Origin: Balanoglossus misakiensis
Lineage: Eukaryota > Animalia > Hemichordata
NCBI GenBank assembly: GCA_040954595.2
Contig: CM082593.2
Coordinates: forward strand, 1,622,901 to 1,686,900
Reading direction: 5' to 3'
Length of the DNA stretch: 64,000 nucleotides
Shown here: positions 55,001-64,000 of the stretch, piece by piece
How the letters are laid out: every line of letters starts with the position of its first letter
Position numbering within the stretch: the stretch's first letter is position 1
Translations under genes and position numbers: made by a program
Notes under the pieces: generated by a model
The model's input: only the letters and a program-made list of their open reading frames with translations
Databases searched by the model: none
What the model was told of the DNA's origin: nothing

Positions 55001-56645
55001 ATGGCTTTACGTACTCACAATCAACAAAAGTATTATGCATCCCCTGAACAGACTTGACCTCGGAGGATATTCGATGTGCAAGTACAAGAAACGTTTTAGC
55101 GAAATCCTTTTAGCAATCTCTGACCGAGGCTGCGCGTAAGACTGCCATTATAACTAATGAACGTGGTCAGCACAGAGGGTTGTGGCCGCGCATAGAGATA
55201 AACACGCTTGTCTATGATTTCTTGAAAGGAGATCATACATCGTATCATCTTCTTCTATTCGTGTGATTAAAGACGGTAGGATTTGAAGATGCCTATATTG
55301 TGTAGCACACTCACCTTCAAATTCGGCTTTGGTGGTCTTGGGTAAGTTCAAATCCCTCGCCTTTAGTAATACAACGGTCAGTCGTTCTGCATTGGGCAAA
55401 TATGTCAGCGAGATCAATATCTCGCCGCGTTTGAATTCAGTCTGTTGACAGAAAAACAAATTGGTTTCCTTCTAGGTGAAATGACCAGAAATTAAACCAG
55501 GGCTGTTTCACAGTTGTCGGATGGACTCGTGCGTAATGCAATACATGATCTAGCCCCAAGGGGTATTTAAACTAGAAATGTAATCTTTGATGGCGATAAA
55601 TAAAACTAGTTTTTGAAAGATCTTGAAGGGGAGTCGACGTTTCAAAAGCCTTAGGTGAATTAATGTGAAGAAGAAGGATCGATCAAGTCAGACACAACGT
55701 TCTTGTTTCTTATACCTGGTAATTCACTTGCCTTGAGTGATACTGATTATAATTGGACTTAAGTTGTTGTCACATTTATACAAGAATCACCACGGTCTTG
55801 GCAGTCTTTAATTAATATTTTGGGGGATGTCATCTAAATGCGCTTACCGGAATATTTTCTCTGACATCTTTCCAAATATGCTCAGCGCCACACCGCGGTG
55901 GCTTGAAGTCTATGTCGCCGAGGGGCACAGTCACGTGGCCAATGGCAGTTGGACGGGAGAATCTGTCAAAATCGTAGACGACCAATCTGACGGCTCGACT
56001 CTTCAAAGTGCTCCGCGGAAAGTTGAACACGAAGTTCTCATTGAAGATCGGGTTCAGCGTCTTGCGGTGCACTTTGGTAAACAGCTTGCTGGGCTTATCA
56101 GGCAAGAGTGAGATTTTAACATACGGGTCAGCAGTGCCTCGGATGTTCTTTGCCGGAAGGTGCACTGCTCTGATGAGCGAGAACGTCATCTGCTCGCTTT
56201 CTTCATCGTAGAACACGGAAAAACAAATTTTTCCCAGTCCGTACTTTGAGGGCGTAACAGTGGGTTTGTCGTTGCATGGCTGGTAGTCTTCTGGTCTCAT
56301 GTCTTCCAAAGGAAATCTGATCGGTTGTATACTGCGACGCTTTGACTTCAATCGACCAACATCAAAGTCTTTTGCGAATTCTGGATTACTTAAAGATGGA
56401 ATAATGAACGGGAGTGGATGGTTCATTTTCAGGACGGCACTTGGAGTCCGGGCACCTCGACAGATTTTCGAAATTTTTAGAGTTTTTCTTCTCTTCCAAG
56501 CATGGTATACGGTGACAACTGCTACAATTCCGATCAGCATAGCGCCTCCAACGGCAACCCAGACCAATGCTGACACATCAGAGACCGGCTTTCTACCCAC
56601 TTGAGTGATGTAGGTATTCGTTGTCGAGTTTTCAGTCGTTTCCAT
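52030..56645 (-). CDS. SYT15: Synaptotagmin, SYT15-like (N-terminal TM plus tandem C2A-C2B), about 413 aa, 3 coding exons
   Basis: Exons 56645-55848, 55441-55315 and 52346-52030; GT-AG and in phase. TM ALVWVAVGGAMLIGIVAVVTVY followed by KRRK. C2A: GTADPYVK, TKVHRKTLNPIFNENF, VYDFDRFSR. C2B: GEILISLTYLPNAERLTVVLLKARDL, PEFNESF, LGRVVVGP, HWNDM...WHVL. The symbol means 'like'. Confidence 0.88.
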
Positions 56646-56996
56646 TTCGTGTGGCTTAGAAGTTGTCGCTGGCAAGCAAATAGAACAAATTAGCCCAAAA
56701 GAAACGTGCGTCAAGCGATGTGATTGGTATGAACGTCGACGACTGTAGAAGGAACACACACATATATGGCACAATCTGGCCAGAGAATTTCAAAATATCA
56801 TAACGTGTATAAGAGAGACAGGGAGTCGATTTCGTATAGTTAACCCCCAACTTGGTCCGCCTCATTTAGCGCAAGATCTCTGGTCATCTTGCAATACCTA
56901 CGATTTGAAATTGAAAGCATTGGAGGCGTGACGAAACGACCATTCTTACATGATATTGAATAATCATAAAAGGGTAGATCGGTTTAATGGCCCTTA

Positions 56997-57092
56997 AAAG
57001 CCTGATCGTCCGAAATAGTCAAAGCCCGATCGTCCGAAATAGCCAAAGCCTGATCGTCCGAAATAGTCAAAGCCCGATCGTCCGAAATAGCC
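56997..57092. repeat. 4 x 24-bp minisatellite with A-B-A-B higher-order structure
   Basis: AAAGCCTGATCGTCCGAAATAGTC alternates with AAAGCCCGATCGTCCGAAATAGCC. Confidence 0.95.
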
Positions 57093-57177
57093 AAAAACTC
57101 GTACGTGTGTATACAAGAAAAAAACTTTCCCAAACCATGAAGCTCTCACTAGATCATCTGATCATATTTCTACATAC

Positions 57178-57630
57178 CTGTACTACTTCCGAATTTAGCA
57201 CATTCTCCGTTTTACTGCAGAGATCGCTCGAACCAAGGACCAAAGGACCAACGAGAGATTTCTAATAGCGTCAAGCCTATTCCGCCGGCCCACACCAACG
57301 TCTCGGAGATTGATCACGAATTCTGTTCGGTTTATAGTTCCGAACCGTCCGATCGCCGTAACGGTCTCCCGGATAACGGTTAACATTGTTTATTTTGTTT
57401 CACTTAGTGATAGGTATTTTTACAACCGGTGCCGTACCAAACCTGCTGATTACATCATCGAACTTGTTTCTGATTGGTCAGATGCATTCTGCTCAATAAG
57501 ATCCAGGTGCATGTTCTCAATCTTTCCAACAGGTGGAATGATGCTTCAGTTTCTGGCGGGCGACCAGCAAGAGTCTCAACACAAGTGATTGGATGATATT
57601 TCTCTGTACTTCTTATTTAGTCCAATCAGC
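57178..57630 (-). promoter_or_regulatory. Putative non-coding first exon and CCAAT promoter of the synaptotagmin gene
   Basis: Donor CAG|GTATGT at 57178/57177 and a matching acceptor TTCCTTCTACAG| at about 56742 upstream of the ATG. Three CCAAT boxes near 57473, 57588 and 57622 in a CpG-rich stretch. Confidence 0.45.
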
Positions 57631-60539
57631 GAACTTGTGCACCATGTGCGATTCTCTTCATAACCTACAGCCGTGCCTTCTTTCGCACAGAACCCCCTAT
57701 AGTCGATTCGAATCCTGATGCTTTTTGGATGCGAGTTTTTCATGAAGTATTGCGCTAAAGCAATGTAATCACAGATAATGGAAGTGTATCAAAGCTTTAT
57801 ATATTCATTCCAGAAAGTTTTAAGTGTTGGTTCAACTTTACGACCCTAGATCTGCAAATGTAAAACAACCACTTTCCCTGGTTGTATTAAACGTCGACAG
57901 AGGCACTAAATATAGTTTCATTACGCGGCAGTGCAAATGCAAGAGAAATGTCAGTCCCGTGGCTACACAAAGTAACATGGTCAGCTGTAAATTTGCGAGT
58001 ACTTATCAAAAGAGGGGAAATTGACTTGACTCCGGAGATAAAAGTTTAATGATGTGACAGTTTCTAGGTACAAACAAAGATCTGTGGAAGGTCACCATTG
58101 CTGTATACTCGTTTTATGTATCAGGGAAACTAGAACGCGGGCATTTAATGGACTCTTTCACTAGACTTCCCCCCAGCCCACACTCAATTTACGCTGGTGA
58201 CCACAGGCGTTCAAACTGAATGCATTGATATATTGTCTTCTGTGAGTTGAAAATGTCCCTGATTATAAACCCACGAAGATATCAGTATGCTCTGATGTGC
58301 ACGTATATACACTTACTGGCGACACCAATCAGGAACAATCAGCCGGTTAATATTTATGCTTTATGCTCGTCACCAATCGGGGCAGGGTACAAACCAACTT
58401 CTTCTTTCAGAAAAAAGACCGCGAGTTAAAATCCTCAACAGATGCGTCATGAAGTGGGAACGTGATTTACACAATATCTGTCGTGATTCTCGATCTCGGC
58501 ATCGAACTCTTTTCCCCGATAGAATTTTATAGTGACGCGTTTGCGTATCTTGTTTTTGCAAGAATCTGAACGTAAGTTCAGGACTTGCTCTCCCATCAAA
58601 AGGAACATCACGACTGATACTATTTACAGCAGAAACCTATCGCTATTCTGTCGGATAAAAGTGATGTTTGTTAAAACGTGGCCGCTAGGGGGTGGATCAT
58701 GTTTATGGGTTCATAGAAAGATTTTATTCCGTTCTTCCTAAAGGTTTGAGGAAGAGGCCGCTCACAGAGTTCAATAGACGCAAACAAGTATCATGTATGT
58801 AGTCATGACGTTCGCTACTTTTATTGTACCTCCGAAAGAAATGCCCCCAAGATTGGTAATGCCCGCACGTGCATGATATCTACATGCGTCATGGATACCC
58901 TTTGCAATGGGTGAACTTGAACAAATTCCCTACTTAAGTTTGGTCAAGGTCCCTTGAGTGACTTTAAATATTTGCAAAATATTCTATTGCGGATGACATT
59001 TGTCCCACTAATACGATTAGGCCTATAGTTCATGATGTCACCGTGAATCGCACAGAAACTAGGTTGTTCATCAACCTAATTTCTGTAGACTGTGTACACA
59101 AATTTCAGTGGTTGTAATAATGTTGTAATGCACTTCAGGCAAACTGTAATATTGCAACACCACGTTGTCGACTGAAGCGAGTGCCTCTAACTTGAAACAT
59201 TTATTCCCCAAGCCTTGCCACAAAACGGAGTGAGCAGCTGCAAATATATTGGGAAGACTGGCATTTGAATGTTTGCTGATGTTTTGTGTCTCTTCCCGTT
59301 TCTCCCGTCTGATTGCACTCCGGGCACGGAAGACCCGATGGTGATGTTCGATAGATAGATTGAATCCTCCTGTTCGTAGCATTGACGTCGTGCACCGCGG
59401 TGTCATCTTTGCCGGAGGGACGGCGTCTATTCATGCGACACAGAAAACAACAACATTTACAGCTGTCTTCTTCTGAATAGGAGCGATTGTCTCAACAATC
59501 CTAACAACCACACCTTTGCTATATATCATTCTGAATCCGGAGTTACTGAACAAATGTTATGAAACTTTCTAGGGATACTAACTACTGTATAGACACGGAG
59601 GCAACGCTATGTCGACACGATATTGCTGGTCCTGCAGTCCCTCTATCCCATCCAAGATGCGGTGATTGTTACCTGTTACAGTCAAGTGGTACATGTCCAT
59701 GCCTATCATGAAAAGCGACTCTCTTCAATGCACTGGTTGATTTACTGTGAATGCATATAAAGTAATGGATCCTTCTGTTCCCAATACATAATAAGTGTAA
59801 CAATCTAGTCCAATTTTAAAGGCAGCCAATCTCCTTAAATAATTCATATCCCAGATAGGTATTTAAACAAAGACGAGAGTGTACCGTAAGTGAAGGTGAA
59901 CCCTGTATCTTAAGCGCATGTTTCCATTACATCCCATCTATACATGTAAAGTTTGTAGTCTCCCGGGAACTTGCCAATCAATATTACACTAAATATCGAC
60001 GAGAATGACCGGTAACCTTAGATTGACTGTTCTGAGAAGAATTGCAGAAAAAACCCACAGCTATGACAAGTCGATGAGTGAAGATATAGATATTTTCCTG
60101 CCCCCGGGAAAGTATATAACAAGCCACAGTTAATTATTCTCTTCAGAATCAGTTGTTTTCAAATAGGGCGAACTTCGTACGATACCATGTTGTTTTCGAA
60201 GTCTTTTTACTTCAAACGGTTAACGAAATCAACGCAAAATTCACAGTAGTTCTGCATGTGGACAACTTTATCGTGAATTAATCACACTATACTCTCTCAT
60301 TTCAATAAAAAACGACCAAGAAATCTAGATATCTGCCCCGAACATTAACTACAGAAAATGGTACGCGCCGGAAGTGTCGCACTGGCCTTTGTTCCGAATC
60401 AGCCAATCAAAACTCAACAAAAACATACACATTCCGATTTAAGGGACTGTGCGGCAGACTGCATATAAATTTCCATCGCCTCTGATGCTGCACAGTATCA
60501 GTATACGGACAGAAATTAAGCGATCACTTTGATACTTAG

Positions 60540-60572
60540 TGACGTCAGGCCGTTTGGATAGTTGTTCGAGGT
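60540..60572 (+). promoter_or_regulatory. CRE-containing promoter module of GPCR copy 2
   Basis: TGACGTCA at 60540-60547 followed by TTGTTCGAGGT, mirroring copy 1. CCAAT near 60403. Confidence 0.45.
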
Positions 60573-60684
60573 GTTTGAACAAACGAAGTGGATGCGGTGA
60601 AAACGGCACTCGCCAGTCGAGGACATAGTATCACCAATTTCCTAACAGTTCCTGATCAGTTGTTTGCCAAGGAAGTCGGTCGCA

Positions 60685-61080
60685 ATGGTGGACTGGTGGT
60701 TTTACCAAGAATACAAATATTACTTCGATCTCTACAACATATCTCTAAACGGAACCAATTGGACGCTGTACATGGACGAGCCGTCACTTTTCGAAAATCT
60801 CGAAAATGTCGACTTGGCTATGTCGTTCAAAAGCCAAATTTTTATCACATTTGCTTTCACTTTTAACATGGTTTTGTCCATTGTCGGCAACGTGATAGTG
60901 ATTGTGGTTCTGATTTGCGAGAAGACCGGGCGGACCGACCTGAACGCTTTTCTCATCCAACTTGCTGTGGCTGACCTGGCAATAGCCATCTTCTGTATGC
61001 CTTTCACGTTTCCAACCATCATGTATGGACACTGGATCTTTGGGACAGCAATGTGCCCGACAGTCATCTTCATACAACAG
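60685..61080 (+). CDS. Exon 1 (N-terminus to TM3) of a second, paralogous neuropeptide GPCR; remaining exons not in this window
   Basis: 132 codons, nearly identical in TM1-TM3 to 35420-35803, and ending at the same phase-0 donor (CAACAG|GTATGT). Confidence 0.9.
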
Positions 61081-62972
61081 GTATGTCTTGTACCAATCTA
61101 TGTAGATATCCGATAACTGCAACTAGAAGTACTCTAGTTAGGATAACCAGTTTGCAGTAGACTGGTTCAACGATCGCTTGCTTTACCACGGCAAAGACAA
61201 CCTAGTTAAAAGTCCAACCCGATATATTCCTGTAACGTTCTTCTTCAGTTGTCGTGAGATAGAGCATACCCCTTAAAGCAATCAATGTTTTTTAATCTTT
61301 TCGCTTGGTGTGAGTTTCTTAAGATTCGCGTTAACTACATTTCCATGTTGTTCTGCAGTTTCGATTACACTGTATCCAGGACGGCACTGTTTTCTTAACT
61401 TGAAGTGAAAACGTGAACCAACAAACTTGAAAACTGCCTTTTCCATGGTGGCAAACTGTCTCAAATTAATTAAGTGTGACGCAGCCTGATTGAGAGTCAG
61501 TTAGATGTCCCGGATTTCGGCCGACAATATTAAAGATCCCTGGAGTCACAAATATGCGACTCCTCAATTATTGCTGCTGCACTCCAGAGCATCGCCATCG
61601 CCACGAATGTGAATCGCACCTTCAGGCGCCAGTTGGCGTTAATAGGTAGACGTACCAAGAGATTTAACGTCAATCTCGCCGGCGAACGGTCTCACTTTTG
61701 CTGCTTTTGGATGCTAATGGATTGTCGAAAATGGGGTTCAGTCTGAACAGAAGAATTCTTCCACCTTTTCAGGTTTTCATACACGGAAGTAAATAAGGAC
61801 TATTTCGTCAGCACGAGACGTTTTAACTGTTTTTTTTTTATCGAGAGATGGATTCACGTCTACGTAATGTGTGATAGATGCTAAAATGGAAAAAAATACA
61901 ATGTGTTTTTTCCTGTGGAAAATATTCATGGCAAAGTAGGACAGTTTAGGATATAACATGTGACTTTAAGAGGACCATCCGCACGGACTCAATTATTTAA
62001 GTGGGCCGGATATTAAAGTCAGTGTCACTCTAAAATCCGAATTCCACTCCGGTTGAACTCAATTGTTTTGGTTGCGGGGAAGTACCGTGTTCTAAACACA
62101 AGTGATCTCCACTCGCACTGAGCATGCTGTGCTGTTAAACGTCTTTTTTGAAATGAAAGTATATTTTATTACTTACTGAAACCTATAAAATGTTTCCAGG
62201 GTAACTCGCTATCGCTCACGGTTAGGTAAAACACGCCCTGTGAGAACTAGCACGAGAGCAAACCGTCGAACGGATAGCGAGATGATTAAACGTGGATAAA
62301 AGCAACCAGTTGCAGCAGAGGAATACAGATTTGTGTCGTGACGCTCGGGGTTGGAGGCACGTTCAGTTATCACACGCATTTCAACGACCAGTCTATTCTT
62401 GCGAGGTTAATAGGGGCCATCTCTTGTTCAAGGGAAACTCATTACCAATTGAAGGCTGTATTTGTCCATGTATTTAGGACATCACTGCATACACACGTGC
62501 TCGTAGTTAATGAGAATGAATCAACCACCAGTGAGAACTGCCTATATCAGGAAACGCCAGGTGTTATTGTTTTTGACACTCATTCATTAACACCTGGTTG
62601 TGCAAATGACAGCTATAGCGATACTCGCTCGGTCAAATGAATAAGAACACCAACAAACAAATCCACAATACTATCCGAATAAGAACATTCCAATGAGAAG
62701 AGCGATATTAAATCCCAAGCCATCATTCCTACAACCGTAAACGCATATAACATCCCAATGTGACGTTCTCACACGGAGCAAGCTAATCATGAAATGTGTC
62801 TTTAGGCTTCAGGTAGATTACGTCACTAATACTGATAGCATATATTAATGGCAAAAATGACACATACCATTGCTTTTGCCTGTAATTTTGTGTCGCTTTG
62901 AAACATCTTTCAAATCGCCGATTTTCGACAAACCAAAGCTTTGCCTTAGAAAGTCAGCTCAGCTAAGATGTG

Positions 62973-63001
62973 GTTAGAGCATAGACTGTCTATGGTTAGA
63001 G
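62973..63001. mobile_element. Probable DNA-transposon footprint: 15-bp palindrome between 7-bp direct repeats
   Basis: GTTAGAG-CATAGAC-T-GTCTATG-GTTAGAG. Confidence 0.55.
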
Positions 63002-64000
63002 GCAGTTAGGGCAGTGTCGCATCATTGTCTGTGTAAGTTCTTTGAAGGATTACCGCCGCGCAATGCTGCAGGAAAACACCTATCCAGTCTAGTTACAGGT
63101 GATTACGCTGACGCAAGTTGCAGCGTCGTGACTCTAACTTGCAAAATAGACCCATCTGAGCATAATTAAATGATGTGACCCAAGCCTTCCTGAACGCTGA
63201 TTATTGCTTATTCACAAAGCCCCTTCTATGGGATCGATCTCACCATTTGCTTCTACAAATATCCGCCCGATTTCCAAAGCGTAGTCAAGATTTCCACTCG
63301 AGCAGAAAACACTCAATCTCACAGTATTCACCTGGTTCACACTCCAATGGAATTCGCGAGCGCACCTTGGAAATCGGTCGAAAATTCGATAAAGGGGACA
63401 GTGCCTTTGATCATAGCAAGTGTTCGTTAATGAGCAATAACCGGGGCCCGGTCAGTTAAATACATGCATTTTATTGAATTATGGTTACTATAGATTGGTT
63501 TATTTTACGATTCAATGCCCAGGCACGTCGGCGTAATAACCCCGTAGTCTGGGCGACGTTAACGTTGTGCGCGGCGGTGACCGCCCAATGAGATCACAGA
63601 CGCCACGTGACACGGGAGAGTAGAATAATCAGGAAATAGCTGAAGTTTCTTAAATATCATTCCATATCTGCAATAATTGCAGGAGCCGGTGGAAAGAAAA
63701 TGATCACATACATACTGTAAAGAATGTGGGTTCCATTCATTCTTTTTAAAAAAATCCTTTGAGTATGGCGACAACAGATGGAAACATTCATCAGAATTGC
63801 GTCAGTGATATAATCTGATAAGAATTATAGCTTTCGAGAGTAGAATTGCATTACGGTGTTGAATGAAGCTATAGCAACACAGCTATAAAACCTGATAATT
63901 TATAAAAGAATATCCGACCTTTAAATTTTACAATACATAAATGTCAAGAACACAACCATGGCTTTTAAAATGTGGGGTGGAAAATGTAACTTTTCAGTGT

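Noticed and set aside
47293-57092. 36-bp and 24-bp repeats as possible CRISPR arrays
   Set aside because: Head-to-tail units without unique spacers, eukaryotic context, no cas genes.

Overview
AT-rich (roughly 37-40% GC by eye) eukaryotic DNA with spliceosomal GT-AG introns. Gene content and style suggest a marine invertebrate, possibly a deuterostome such as a hemichordate (inference only). I reconstructed five complete spliced genes by hand with phase-consistent splice sites: an SDR9C-type dehydrogenase (-), a 440-aa uncharacterised 7-TM protein with gustatory-receptor-like/7TM-ion-channel architecture (-), an MFSD4B/NaGLT1-like transporter (+), a class A neuropeptide-type GPCR (+) and a SYT15-like synaptotagmin (-). 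Exon 1 of a close paralog of that GPCR is also present (+). The first 22 kb has no clear long CDS. It holds minus-strand exon-like segments, a promoter-like site and a 48-codon small ORF whose frame continues through six UGA codons before the first UAA. There are also several small transposon relics and tandem repeats. The best candidates for something new are the 7TMIC/GRL-like gene, the UGA-punctuated small ORF locus and the duplicated GPCR pair.
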